From assembly GCA_053919585.1 (NCBI GenBank), contig CM132808.1: a stretch of DNA of 64,000 bases; one strand, written 5' to 3'. A program made the translations under genes and the position numbers. Position 1 is the stretch's first letter; the number at the start of each line of letters is the position of its first letter. Positions 1-15,000 of this stretch are shown one piece after another. This stretch comes from Euprymna scolopes. Taxonomy: Eukaryota. Below the pieces are notes generated by a model. It did not search any database, was not told the origin of the DNA, and was given only the letters and a program-made list of their open reading frames with translations.

Positions 1-3000
1 GCTTCTTGACAGTGGATTTCTATGCTTCTTGACAGTGGATTTCTATGCTTCTTGACAGTGGATTTCTATGCTTCTTGACAGTGGATTTCTGTGCTTCTTG
101 ACAGTGGATTTCTATGCTTCTTGACAGTGGATTTCTATGCTTCTTGACAGTGGATTTCTATGCTTCTTGACAGTGGATTTCTGTGCTTCTTGACAGTGGA
201 TTTCTATGCTTCTTGACAGTGGATTTCTGTACTTCTTGACAGTGGATTTCTGTGCTTCTTGACAGTGGATTTCTATGCTTCTTGACAGTGGATTTCTATG
301 CTTCTTGACAGTGGATTTCTATGCTTCTTGACAGTGGATTTCTATGCTTCTTGACAGTGGATTTCTATGCTTCTTGACAGTGGATTTCTGTGCTTCTTGA
401 CAGTGGATTTCTATGCTTCTTGACAGTGGATTTCTATGCTTCTTGACAGTGGATTTCTATGCTTCTTGACAGTGGATTTCTGTGCTTCTTGACAGTGGAT
501 TTCTATGCTTCTTGACAGTGGATTTCTGTACTTCTTGACAGTGGATTTCTGTGCTTCTTGACAGTGGATTTCTATGCTTCTTGACAGTGGATTTCTGTGC
601 TTCTTGACAGTGGATTTCTATGCTTCTTGACAGTGGATTTCTATGCTTCTTGACAGTGGATTTCTGTGCTTCTTGACAGTGGATTTCTATGCTTCTTGAC
701 AGTGGATTTCTGTGCTTCTTGACAGTGGATTTCTATGCTTCTTGACAGTGGATTTCTATGCTTCTTGACAGTGGATTTCTATGCTTCTTGACAGTGGATT
801 TCTATGCTTCTTGACAGTGGATTTCTGTGCTTCTTGACAGTGGATTTCTGTGCTTCTTGACAGTGGATTTCTGTGCTTCTTGACAGTGGATTTCTATGCT
901 TCTTGACAGTGGATTTCTGTGCTTCTTGACAGTGGATTTCTATGCTTCTTGACAGTGGATTTCTATGCTTCTTGACAGTGGATTTCTGTGCTTCTTGACA
1001 GTGGATTTCTATGCTTCTTGACAGTGGATTTCTGTGCTTCTTGACAGTGGATTTCTATGCTTCTTGACAGTGGATTTCTATGCTTCTTGACAGTGGATTT
1101 CTATGCTTCTTGACAGTGGATTTCTGTGCTTCTTGACAGTGGATTTCTATGCTTCTTGACAGTGGATTTCTGTACTTCTTGACAGTGGATTTCTGTGCTT
1201 CTTGACAGTGGATTTCTATGCTTCTTGACAGTGGATTTCTATGCTTCTTGACAGTGGATTTCTATGCTTCTTGACAGTGGATTTCTATGCTTCTTGACAG
1301 TGGATTTCTATGCTTCTTGACAGTGGATTTCTGTGCTTCTTGACAGTGGATTTCTATGCTTCTTGACAGTGGATTTCTATGCTTCTTGACAGTGGATTTC
1401 TATGCTTCTTGACAGTGGATTTCTGTGCTTCTTGACAGTGGATTTCTATGCTTCTTGACAGTGGATTTCTGTACTTCTTGACAGTGGATTTCTGTGCTTC
1501 TTGACAGTGGATTTCTATGCTTCTTGACAGTGGATTTCTGTGCTTCTTGACAGTGGATTTCTATGCTTCTTGACAGTGGATTTCTATGCTTCTTGACAGT
1601 GGATTTCTGTGCTTCTTGACAGTGGATTTCTATGCTTCTTGACAGTGGATTTCTGTGCTTCTTGACAGTGGATTTCTATGCTTCTTGACAGTGGATTTCT
1701 ATGCTTCTTGACAGTGGATTTCTATGCTTCTTGACAGTGGATTTCTATGCTTCTTGACAGTGGATTTCTGTGCTTCTTGACAGTGGATTTCTGTGCTTCT
1801 TGACAGTGGATTTCTGTGCTTCTTGACAGTGGATTTCTATGCTTCTTGACAGTGGATTTCTGTGCTTCTTGACAGTGGATTTCTATGCTTCTTGACAGTG
1901 GATTTCTATGCTTCTTGACAGTGGATTTCTGTGCTTCTTGACAGTGGATTTCTATGCTTCTTGACAGTGGATTTCTGTGCTTCTTGACAGTGGATTTCTA
2001 TGCTTCTTGACAGTGGATTTCTATGCTTCTTGACAGTGGATTTCTATGCTTCTTGACAGTGGATTTCTGTGCTTCTTGACAGTGGATTTCTATGCTTCTT
2101 GACAGTGGATTTCTGTACTTCTTGACAGTGGATTTCTGTGCTTCTTGACAGTGGATTTCTATGCTTCTTGACAGTGGATTTCTGTGCTTCTTGACAGTGG
2201 ATTTCTATGCTTCTTGACAGTGGATTTCTATGCTTCTTGACAGTGGATTTCTATGCTTCTTGACAGTGGATTTCTGTGCTTCTTGACAGTAGATTTCTAT
2301 GCTTCTTGACAGTGGATTTCTGTGCTTCTTGACAGTGGATTTCTATGCTTCTTGACAGTGGATTTCTATGCTTCTTGACAGTGGATTTCTATGCTTCTTG
2401 ACAGTGGATTTCTGTGCTTCTTGACAGTGGATTTCTATGCTTCTTGACAGTGGATTTCTGTACTTCTTGACAGTGGATTTCTGTGCTTCTTGACAGTGGA
2501 TTTCTATGCTTCTTGACAGTGGATTTCTGTGCTTCTTGACAGTGGATTTCTATGCTTCTTGACAGTGGATTTCTATGCTTCTTGACAGTGGATTTCTGTG
2601 CTTCTTGACAGTGGATTTCTATGCTTCTTGACAGTGGATTTCTGTGCTTCTTGACAGTGGATTTCTATGCTTCTTGACAGTGGATTTCTATGCTTCTTGA
2701 CAGTGGATTTCTATGCTTCTTGACAGTGGATTTCTATGCTTCTTGACAGTGGATTTCTGTGCTTCTTGACAGTGGATTTCTGTGCTTCTTGACAGTGGAT
2801 TTCTGTGCTTCTTGACAGTGGATTTCTATGCTTCTTGACAGTGGATTTCTATGCTTCTTGACAGTGGATTTCTGTGCTTCTTGACAGTGGATTTCTATGC
2901 TTCTTGACAGTGGATTTCTATGCTTCTTGACAGTGGATTTCTGTGCTTCTTGACAGTGGATTTCTATGCTTCTTGACAGTGGATTTCTGTGCTTCTTGAC

Positions 3001-6000
3001 AGTGGATTTCTATGCTTCTTGACAGTGGATTTCTATGCTTCTTGACAGTGGATTTCTATGCTTCTTGACAGTGGATTTCTATGCTTCTTGACAGTGGATT
3101 TCTGTGCTTCTTGACAGTGGATTTCTGTGCTTCTTGACAGTGGATTTCTGTGCTTCTTGACAGTGGATTTCTATGCTTCTTGACAGTGGATTTCTATGCT
3201 TCTTGACAGTGGATTTCTGTGCTTCTTGACAGTGGATTTCTATGCTTCTTGACAGTGGATTTCTATGCTTCTTGACAGTGGATTTCTGTGCTTCTTGACA
3301 GTGGATTTCTATGCTTCTTGACAGTGGATTTCTATGCTTCTTGACAGTGGATTTCTGTGCTTCTTGACAGTGGATTTCTATGCTTCTTGACAGTGGATTT
3401 CTATGCTTCTTGACAGTGGATTTCTGTGCTTCTTGACAGTGGATTTCTATGCTTCTTGACAGTGGATTTCTGTGCTTCTTGACAGTGGATTTCTATGCTT
3501 CTTGACAGTGGATTTCTATGCTTCTTGACAGTGGATTTCTATGCTTCTTGACAGTGGATTTCTGTGCTTCTTGACAGTGGATTTCTATGCTTCTTGACAG
3601 TGGATTTCTGTGCTTCTTGACAGTGGATTTCTATGCTTCTTGACAGTGGATTTCTATGCTTCTTGACAGTGGATTTCTGTGCTTCTTGACAGTGGATTTC
3701 TATGCTTCTTGACAGTGGATTTCTATGCTTCTTGACAGTGGATTTCTGTGCTTCTTGACAGTGGATTTCTATGCTTCTTGACAGTGGATTTCTATGCTTC
3801 TTGACAGTGGATTTCTGTGCTTCTTGACAGTGGATTTCTATGCTTCTTGACAGTGGATTTCTGTGCTTCTTGACAGTGGATTTCTATGCTTCTTGACAGT
3901 GGATTTCTATGCTTCTTGACAGTGGATTTCTATGCTTCTTGACAGTGGATTTCTGTGCTTCTTGACAGTGGATTTCTATGCTTCTTGACAGTGGATTTCT
4001 GTACTTCTTGACAGTGGATTTCTGTGCTTCTTGACAGTGGATTTCTATGCTTCTTGACAGTGGATTTCTGTGCTTCTTGACAGTGGATTTCTATGCTTCT
4101 TGACAGTGGATTTCTATGCTTCTTGACAGTGGATTTCTATGCTTCTTGACAGTGGATTTCTGTGCTTCTTGACAGTGGATTTCTATGCTTCTTGACAGTG
4201 GATTTCTGTGCTTCTTGACAGTGGATTTCTGTGCTTCTTGACAGTGGATTTCTATGCTTCTTGACAGTGGATTTCTATGCTTCTTGACAGTGGATTTCTA
4301 TGCTTCTTGACAGTGGATTTCTGTGCTTCTTGACAGTGGATTTCTATGCTTCTTGACAGTGGATTTCTGTGCTTCTTGACAGTGGATTTCTGTGCTTCTT
4401 GACAGTGGATTTCTATGCTTCTTGACAGTGGATTTCTATGCTTCTTGACAGTGGATTTCTATGCTTCTTGACAGTGGATTTCTGTGCTTCTTGACAGTGG
4501 ATTTCTATGCTTCTTGACAGTGGATTTCTGTGCTTCTTGACAGTGGATTTCTGTGCTTCTTGACAGTGGATTTCTATGCTTCTTGACAGTGGATTTCTAT
4601 GCTTCTTGACAGTGGATTTCTATGCTTCTTGACAGTGGATTTCTGTGCTTCTTGACAGTGGATTTCTATGCTTCTTGACAGTGGATTTCTGTACTTCTTG
4701 ACAGTGGATTTCTGTGCTTCTTGACAGTGGATTTCTATGCTTCTTGACAGTGGATTTCTGTGCTTCTTGACAGTGGATTTCTATGCTTCTTGACAGTGGA
4801 TTTCTATGCTTCTTGACAGTGGATTTCTGTGCTTCTTGACAGTGGATTTCTATGCTTCTTGACAGTGGATTTCTGTGCTTCTTGACAGTGGATTTCTATG
4901 CTTCTTGACAGTGGATTTCTATGCTTCTTGACAGTGGATTTCTATGCTTCTTGACAGTGGATTTCTATGCTTCTTGACAGTGGATTTCTGTGCTTCTTGA
5001 CAGTGGATTTCTGTGCTTCTTGACAGTGGATTTATGTGCTTCTTGACAGTGGATTTCTATGCTTCTTGACAGTGGATTTCTATGCTTCTTGACAGTGGAT
5101 TTCTGTGCTTCTTGACAGTGGATTTCTATGCTTCTTGACAGTGGATTTCTATGCTTCTTGACAGTGGATTTCTGTGCTTCTTGACAGTGGATTTCTATGC
5201 TTCTTGACAGTGGATTTCTATGCTTCTTGACAGTGGATTTCTGTGCTTCTTGACAGTGGATTTCTATGCTTCTTGACAGTGGATTTCTGTGCTTCTTGAC
5301 AGTGGATTTCTATGCTTCTTGACAGTGGATTTCTATGCTTCTTGACAGTGGATTTCTATGCTTCTTGACAGTGGATTTCTGTGCTTCTTGACAGTGGATT
5401 TCTATGCTTCTTGACAGTGGATTTCTGTACTTCTTGACAGTGGATTTCTGTGCTTCTTGACAGTGGATTTCTATGCTTCTTGACAGTGGATTTCTGTGCT
5501 TCTTGACAGTGGATTTCTATGCTTCTTGACAGTGGATTTCTATGCTTCTTGACAGTGGATTTCTGTGCTTCTTGACAGTGGATTTCTATGCTTCTTGACA
5601 GTGGATTTCTGTGCTTCTTGACAGTGGATTTCTATGCTTCTTGACAGTGGATTTCTATGCTTCTTGACAGTGGATTTCTATGCTTCTTGACAGTGGATTT
5701 CTATGCTTCTTGACAGTGGATTTCTGTGCTTCTTGACAGTGGATTTCTGTGCTTCTTGACAGTGGATTTCTGTGCTTCTTGACAGTGGATTTCTATGCTT
5801 CTTGACAGTGGATTTCTATGCTTCTTGACAGTGGATTTCTATGCTTCTTGACAGTGGATTTCTGTGCTTCTTGACAGTGGATTTCTGTGCTTCTTGACAG
5901 TGGATTTCTATGCTTCTTGACAGTGGATTTCTGTACTTCTTGACAGTGGATTTCTATGCTTCTTGACAGTGGATTTCTATGCTTCTTGACAGTGGATTTC

Positions 6001-9000
6001 TGTGCTTCTTGACAGTGGATTTCTGTGCTTCTTGACAGTGGATTTCTGTGCTTCTTGACAGTGGATTTCTATGCTTCTTGACAGTGGATTTCTATGCTTC
6101 TTGACAGTGGATTTCTATGCTTCTTGACAGTGGATTTCTATGCTTCTTGACAGTGGATTTCTATGCTTCTTGACAGTGGATTTCTGTGCTTCTTGACAGT
6201 GGATTTCTGTGCTTCTTGACAGTGGATTTCTGTGCTTCTTGACAGTGGATTTCTATGCTTCTTGACAGTGGATTTCTATGCTTCTTGACAGTGGATTTCT
6301 GTGCTTCTTGACAGTGGATTTCTATGCTTCTTGACAGTGGATTTCTATGCTTCTTGACAGTGGATTTCTATGCTTCTTGACAGTGGATTTCTGTGCTTTT
6401 TGACAGTGGATTTCTGTGCTTCTTGACAGTGGATTTCTATGCTTCTTGACAGTGGATTTCTGTGCTTCTTGACAGTGGATTTCTGTGCTTCTTGACAGTG
6501 GATTTCTATGCTTCTTGACAGTGGATTTCTATGCTTCTTGACAGTGGATTTCTGTGCTTCTTGACAGTGGATTTCTGTGCTTCTTGACAGTGGATTTCTG
6601 TGCTTCTTGACAGTGGATTTCTATGCTTCTTGACAGTGGATTTCTATGCTTCTTGACAGTGGATTTCTGTGCTTCTTGACAGTGGATTTCTATGCTTCTT
6701 GACAGTGGATTTCTGTGCTTCTTGACAGTGGATTTCTGTGCTTCTTGACAGTGGATTTCTGTGCTTCTTGACAGTGGATTTCTATGCTTCTTGACAGTGG
6801 ATTTCTATGCTTCTTGACAGTGGATTTCTATGCTTCTTGACAGTGGATTTCTATGCTTCTTGACAGTGGATTTCTATGCTTCTTGACAGTGGATTTCTGT
6901 GCTTCTTGACAGTGGATTTCTGTGCTTCTTGACAGTGGATTTCTGTGCTTCTTGACAGTGGATTTCTATGCTTCTTGACAGTGGATTTCTATGCTTCTTG
7001 ACAGTGGATTTCTGTGCTTCTTGACAGTGGATTTCTATGCTTCTTGACAGTGGATTTCTATGCTTCTTGACAGTGGATTTCTGTGCTTCTTGACAGTGGA
7101 TTTCTATGCTTCTTGACAGTGGATTTCTATGCTTCTTGACAGTGGATTTCTATGCTTCTTGACAGTGGATTTCTATGCTTCTTGACAGTGGATTTCTGTG
7201 CTTCTTGACAGTGGATTTCTATGCTTCTTGACAGTGGATTTCTGTGCTTCTTGACAGTGGATTTCTATGCTTCTTGACAGTGGATTTCTATGCTTCTTGA
7301 CAGTGGATTTCTGTGCTTCTTGACAGTGGATTTCTATGCTTCTTGACAGTGGATTTCTGTGCTTCTTGACAGTGGATTTCTATGCTTCTTGACAGTGGAT
7401 TTCTATGCTTCTTGACAGTGGATTTCTATGCTTCTTGACAGTGGATTTCTATGCTTCTTGACAGTGGATTTCTGTGCTTCTTGACAGTGGATTTCTGTGC
7501 TTCTTGACAGTGGATTTCTGTGCTTCTTGACAGTGGATTTCTATGCTTCTTGACAGTGGATTTCTATGCTTCTTGACAGTGGATTTCTGTGCTTCTTGAC
7601 AGTGGATTTCTATGCTTCTTGACAGTGGATTTCTATGCTTCTTGACAGTGGATTTCTATGCTTCTTGACAGTGGATTTCTATGCTTCTTGACAGTGGATT
7701 TCTGTGCTTCTTGACAGTGGATTTCTGTGCTTCTTGACAGTGGATTTCTGTGCTTCTTGACAGTGGATTTCTGTGCTTCTTGACAGTGGATTTCTATGCT
7801 TCTTGACAGTGGATTTCTATGCTTCTTGACAGTGGATTTCTGTGCTTCTTGACAGTGGATTTCTATGCTTCTTGACAGTGGATTTCTATGCTTCTTGACA
7901 GTGGATTTCTGTGCTTCTTGACAGTGGATTTCTATGCTTCTTGACAGTGGATTTCTGTGCTTCTTGACAGTGGATTTCTGTGCTTCTTGACAGTGGATTT
8001 CTATGCTTCTTGACAGTGGATTTCTATGCTTCTTGACAGTGGATTTCTATGCTTCTTGACAGTGGATTTCTATGCTTCTTGACAGTGGATTTCTGTGCTT
8101 CTTGACAGTGGATTTCTGTGCTTCTTGACAGTGGATTTCTATGCTTCTTGACAGTGGATTTCTATGCTTCTTGACAGTGGATTTCTATGCTTCTTGACAG
8201 TGGATTTCTGTGCTTCTTGACAGTGGATTTCTGTGCTTCTTGACAGTGGATTTCTGTGCTTCTTGACAGTGGATTTCTGTGCTTCTTGACAGTGGATTTC
8301 TATGCTTCTTGACAGTGGATTTCTATGCTTCTTGACAGTGGATTTCTGTGCTTCTTGACAGTGGATTTCTATGCTTCTTGACAGTGGATTTCTGTGCTTC
8401 TTGACAGTGGATTTCTGTGCTTCTTGACAGTGGATTTCTGTGCTTCTTGACAGTGGATTTCTATGCTTCTTGACAGTGGATTTCTATGCTTCTTGACAGT
8501 GGATTTCTATGCTTCTTGACAGTGGATTTCTATGCTTCTTGACAGTGGATTTCTATGCTTCTTGACAGTGGATTTCTATGCTTCTTGACAGTGGATTTCT
8601 GTGCTTCTTGACAGTGGATTTCTGTGCTTCTTGACAGTGGATTTCTATGCTTCTTGACAGTAGATTTCTATGCTTCTTGACAGTGGATTTCTATGCTTCT
8701 TGACAGTGGATTTCTATGCTTCTTGACAGTGGATTTCTGTGCTTCTTGACAGTGGATTTCTATGCTTCTTGACAGTGGATTTCTATGCTTCTTGACAGTG
8801 GATTTCTATGCTTCTTGACAGTGGATTTCTATGCTTCTTGACAGTGGATTTCTGTGCTTCTTGACAGTGGATTTCTATGCTTCTTGACAGTGGATTTCTG
8901 TGCTTCTTGACAGTGGATTTCTGTGCTTCTTGACAGTGGATTTCTGTGCTTCTTGACAGTGGATTTCTGTGCTTCTTGACAGTGGATTTCTATGCTTCTT

Positions 9001-12000
9001 GACAGTGGATTTCTATGCTTCTTGACAGTGGATTTCTGTGCTTCTTGACAGTGGATTTCTGTGCTTCTTGACAGTGGATTTCTGTGCTTCTTGACAGTGG
9101 ATTTCTATGCTTCTTGACAGTGGATTTCTATGCTTCTTGACAGTGGATTTCTATGCTTCTTGACAGTGGATTTCTATGCTTCTTGACAGTGGATTTCTAT
9201 GCTTCTTGACAGTGGATTTCTATGCTTCTTGACAGTGGATTTCTGTGCTTCTTGACAGTGGATTTCTGTGCTTCTTGACAGTGGATTTCTATGCTTCTTG
9301 ACAGTGGATTTCTATGCTTCTTGACAGTGGATTTCTATGCTTCTTGACAGTGGATTTCTGTGCTTCTTGACAGTGGATTTCTGTGCTTCTTGACAGTGGA
9401 TTTCTATGCTTCTTGACAGTGGATTTCTATGCTTCTTGACAGTGGATTTCTATGCTTCTTGACAGTGGATTTCTATGCTTCTTGACAGTGGATTTCTGTG
9501 CTTCTTGACAGTGGATTTCTATGCTTCTTGACAGTGGATTTCTATGCTTCTTGACAGTGGATTTCTGTGCTTCTTGACAGTGGATTTCTATGCTTCTTGA
9601 CAGTGGATTTCTGTGCTTCTTGACAGTGGATTTCTGTGCTTCTTGACAGTGGATTTCTATGCTTCTTGACAGTGGATTTCTATGCTTCTTGACAGTGGAT
9701 TTCTATGCTTCTTGACAGTGGATTTCTATGCTTCTTGACAGTGGATTTCTATGCTTCTTGACAGTGGATTTCTATGCTTCTTGACAGTGGATTTCTATGC
9801 TTCTTGACAGTGGATTTCTGTGCTTCTTGACAGTGGATTTCTATGCTTCTTGACAGTGGATTTCTATGCTTCTTGACAGTGGATTTCTATGCTTCTTGAC
9901 AGTGGATTTCTATGCTTCTTGACAGTGGATTTCTATGCTTCTTGACAGTGGATTTCTGTGCTTCTTGACAGTGGATTTCTATGCTTCTTGACAGTGGATT
10001 TCTATGCTTCTTGACAGTGGATTTCTATGCTTCTTGACAGTGGATTTCTATGCTTCTTGACAGTGGATTTCTGTGCTTCTTGACAGTGGATTTCTATGCT
10101 TCTTGACAGTGGATTTCTGTGCTTCTTGACAGTGGATTTCTGTGCTTCTTGACAGTGGATTTCTGTGCTTCTTGACAGTGGATTTCTGTGCTTCTTGACA
10201 GTGGATTTCTATGCTTCTTGACAGTGGATTTCTATGCTTCTTGACAGTGGATTTCTGTGCTTCTTGACAGTGGATTTCTGTGCTTCTTGACAGTGGATTT
10301 CTGTGCTTCTTGACAGTGGATTTCTATGCTTCTTGACAGTGGATTTCTATGCTTCTTGACAGTGGATTTCTATGCTTCTTGACAGTGGATTTCTATGCTT
10401 CTTGACAGTGGATTTCTATGCTTCTTGACAGTGGATTTCTATGCTTCTTGACAGTGGATTTCTGTGCTTCTTGACAGTGGATTTCTGTGCTTCTTGACAG
10501 TGGATTTCTATGCTTCTTGACAGTGGATTTCTATGCTTCTTGACAGTGGATTTCTATGCTTCTTGACAGTGGATTTCTGTGCTTCTTGACAGTGGATTTC
10601 TGTGCTTCTTGACAGTGGATTTCTATGCTTCTTGACAGTGGATTTCTATGCTTCTTGACAGTGGATTTCTATGCTTCTTGACAGTGGATTTCTATGCTTC
10701 TTGACAGTGGATTTCTGTGCTTCTTGACAGTGGATTTCTATGCTTCTTGACAGTGGATTTCTATGCTTCTTGACAGTGGATTTCTGTGCTTCTTGACAGT
10801 GGATTTCTATGCTTCTTGACAGTGGATTTCTGTGCTTCTTGACAGTGGATTTCTGTGCTTCTTGACAGTGGATTTCTATGCTTCTTGACAGTGGATTTCT
10901 ATGCTTCTTGACAGTGGATTTCTATGCTTCTTGACAGTGGATTTCTATGCTTCTTGACAGTGGATTTCTATGCTTCTTGACAGTGGATTTCTATGCTTCT
11001 TGACAGTGGATTTCTGTGCTTCTTGACAGTGGATTTCTGTGCTTCTTGACAGTGGATTTCTATGCTTCTTGACAGTGGATTTCTATGCTTCTTGACAGTG
11101 GATTTCTATGCTTCTTGACAGTGGATTTCTATGCTTCTTGACAGTGGATTTCTGTGCTTCTTGACAGTGGATTTCTATGCTTCTTGACAGTGGATTTCTA
11201 TGCTTTCTTGACAGTGGATTTCTATGCTTCTTGACAGTGGATTTCTATGCTTCTTGACAGTGGATTTCTGTGCTTCTTGACAGTGGATTTCTATGCTTCT
11301 TGACAGTGGATTTCTGTGCTTCTTGACAGTGGATTTCTATGCTTCTTGACAGTGGATTTCTATGCTTCTTGACAGTGGATTTCTGTGCTTCTTGACAGTG
11401 GATTTCTATGCTTCTTGACAGTGGATTTCTATGCTTCTTGACAGTGGATTTCTATGCTTCTTGACAGTGGATTTCTATGCTTCTTGACAGTGGATTTCTG
11501 TGCTTCTTGACAGTGGATTTCTATGCTTCTTGACAGTGGATTTCTGTGCTTCTTGACAGTGGATTTCTGTGCTTCTTGACAGTGGATTTCTATGCTTCTT
11601 GACAGTGGATTTCTATGCTTCTTGACAGTGGATTTCTATGCTTCTTGACAGTGGATTTCTATGCTTCTTGACAGTGGATTTCTATGCTTCTTGACAGTGG
11701 ATTTCTGTGCTTCTTGACAGTGGATTTCTATGCTTCTTGACAGTGGATTTCTATGCTTCTTGACAGTGGATTTCTATGCTTCTTGACAGTGGATTTCTAT
11801 GCTTCTTGACAGTGGATTTCTATGCTTCTTGACAGTGGATTTCTATGCTTCTTGACAGTGGATTTCTATGCTTCTTGACAGTGGATTTCTATGCTTCTTG
11901 ACAGTGGATTCTATGCTTCTTGACAGTGGATTTCTGTGCTTCTTGACAGTGATTCTATGCTTCTTGACAGTGGATTTCTANNNNNNNNNNNNNNNNNNNN

Positions 12001-15000
12001 NNNNNNNNNNNNNNNNNNNNNNNNNNNNNNNNNNNNNNNNNNNNNNNNNNNNNNNNNNNNNNNNNNNNNNNNNNNNNNNNGACAGTGGATTTCTATGCTT
12101 CTTGACAGTGGATTTCTGTGCTTCTTGACAGTGGATTTCTATGCTTCTTGACAGTGGATTTCTGTACTTCTTGACAGTGGATTTCTGTGCTTCTTGACAG
12201 TGGATTTCTATGCTTCTTGACAGTGGATTTCTATGCTTCTTGACAGTGGATTTCTATGCTTCTTGACAGTGGATTTCTATGCTTCTTGACAGTGGATTTC
12301 TATGCTTCTTGACAGTGGATTTCTATGCTTCTTGACAGTGGATTTCTATGCTTCTTGACAGTGGATTTCTATGCTTCTTGACAGTGGATTTCTATGCTTC
12401 TTGACAGTGGATTTCTGTGCTTCTTGACAGTGGATTTCTATGCTTCTTGACAGTGGATTTCTATGCTTCTTGACAGTGGATTTCTATGCTTCTTGACAGT
12501 GGATTTCTGTGCTTCTTGACAGTGGATTTCTATGCTTCTTGACAGTGGATTTCTATGCTTCTTGACAGTGGATTTCTGTGCTTCTTGACAGTGGATTTCT
12601 ATGCTTCTTGACAGTGGATTTCTATGCTTCTTGACAGTGGATTTCTATGCTTCTTGACAGTGGATTTCTATGCTTCTTGACAGTGGATTTCTATGCTTCT
12701 TGACAGTGGATTTCTGTGCTTCTTGACAGTGGATTTCTATGCTTCTTGACAGTGGATTTCTATGCTTCTTGACAGTGGATTTCTATGCTTCTTGACAGTG
12801 GATTTCTGTGCTTCTTGACAGTGGATTTCTATGCTTCTTGACAGTGGATTTCTGTGCTTCTTGACAGTGGATTTCTGTGCTTCTTGACAGTGGATTTCTA
12901 TGCTTCTTGACAGTGGATTTCTGTGCTTCTTGACAGTGGATTTCTATGCTTCTTGACAGTGGATTTCTATGCTTCTTGACAGTGGATTTCTGTGCTTCTT
13001 GACAGTGGATTTCTATGCTTCTTGACAGTGGATTTCTGTGCTTCTTGACAGTGGATTTCTATGCTTCTTGACAGTGGATTTCTATGCTTCTTGACAGTGG
13101 ATTTCTATGCTTCTTGACAGTGGATTTCTATGCTTCTTGACAGTGGATTTCTGTGCTTCTTGACAGTGGATTTCTGTGCTTCTTGACAGTGGATTTCTGT
13201 GCTTCTTGACAGTGGATTTCTATGCTTCTTGACAGTGGATTTCTGTGCTTCTTGACAGTGGATTTCTATGCTTCTTGACAGTGGATTTCTATGCTTCTTG
13301 ACAGTGGATTTCTAGTGCTTCTTGACAGTGGATTTCTATGCTTCTTGACAGTGGATTTCTGTGCTTCTTGACAGTGGATTTCTATGCTTCTTGACAGTGG
13401 ATTTCTATGCTTCTTGACAGTGGATTTCTATGCTTCTTGACAGTGGATTTCTGTGCTTCTTGACAGTGGATTTCTATGCTTCTTGACAGTGGATTTCTGT
13501 GCTTCTTGACAGTGGATTTCTGTGCTTCTTGACAGTGGATTTCTGTGCTTCTTGACAGTGGATTTCTATGCTTCTTGACAGTGGATTTCTATGCTTCTTG
13601 ACAGTGGATTTCTATGCTTCTTGACAGTGGATTTCTATGCTTCTTGACAGTGGATTTCTGTGCTTCTTGACAGTGGATTTCTATGCTTCTTGACAGTGGA
13701 TTTCTATGCTTCTTGACAGTGGATTTCTATGCTTCTTGACAGTGGATTTCTGTGCTTCTTGACAGTGGATTTCTATGCTTCTTGACAGTGGATTTCTGTG
13801 CTTCTTGACAGTGGATTTCTGTGCTTCTTGACAGTGGATTTCTATGCTTCTTGACAGTGGATTTCTGTGCTTCTTGACAGTGGATTTCTATGCTTCTTGA
13901 CAGTGGATTTCTATGCTTCTTGACAGTGGATTTCTGTGCTTCTTGACAGTGGATTTCTATGCTTCTTGACAGTGGATTTCTGTGCTTCTTGACAGTGGAT
14001 TTCTATGCTTCTTGACAGTGGATTTCTATGCTTCTTGACAGTGGATTTCTATGCTTCTTGACAGTGATTTCTATGCTTCTTGACAGTGGATTTCTGTGCT
14101 TCTTGACAGTGGATTTCTGTGCTTCTTGACAGTGGATTTCTGTGCTTCTTGACAGTGGATTTCTATGCTTCTTGACAGTGGATTTCTATGCTTCTTGACA
14201 GTGGATTTCTATGCTTCTTGACAGTGGATTTCTATGCTTCTTGACAGTGGATTTCTGTGCTTCTTGACAGTGGATTTCTATGCTTCTTGACAGTGGATTT
14301 CTGTGCTTCTTGACAGTGGATTTCTATGCTTCTTGACAGTGGATTTCTATGCTTCTTGACAGTGGATTTCTATGCTTCTTGACAGTGGATTTCTGTGCTT
14401 CTTGACAGTGGATTTCTATGCTTCTTGACAGTGGATTTCTGTGCTTCTTGACAGTGGATTTCTGTGCTTCTTGACAGTGGATTTCTATGCTTCTTGACAG
14501 TGGATTTCTGTGCTTCTTGACAGTGGATTTCTATGCTTCTTGACAGTGGATTTCTATGCTTCTTGACAGTGGATTTCTATGCTTCTTGACAGTGGATTTC
14601 TGTGCTTCTTGACAGTGGATTTCTATGCTTCTTGACAGTGGATTTCTGTGCTTCTTGACAGTGGATTTCTATGCTTCTTGACAGTGGATTTCTATGCTTC
14701 TTGACAGTGGATTTCTATGCTTCTTGACAGTGGATTTCTGTGCTTCTTGACAGTGGATTTCTATGCTTCTTGACAGTGGATTTCTGTGCTTCTTGACAGT
14801 GGATTTCTGTGCTTCTTGACAGTGGATTTCTGTGCTTCTTGACAGTGGATTTCTGTGCTTCTTGACAGTGGATTTCTATGCTTCTTGACAGTGGATTTCT
14901 ATGCTTCTTGACAGTGGATTTCTGTGCTTCTTGACAGTGGATTTCTATGCTTCTTGACAGTGGATTTCTGTGCTTCTTGACAGTGGATTTCTATGCTTCT

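Noticed and set aside
11868-12151. ORFs spanning the gap
   Set aside because: Artefacts of indels and Ns in the satellite.
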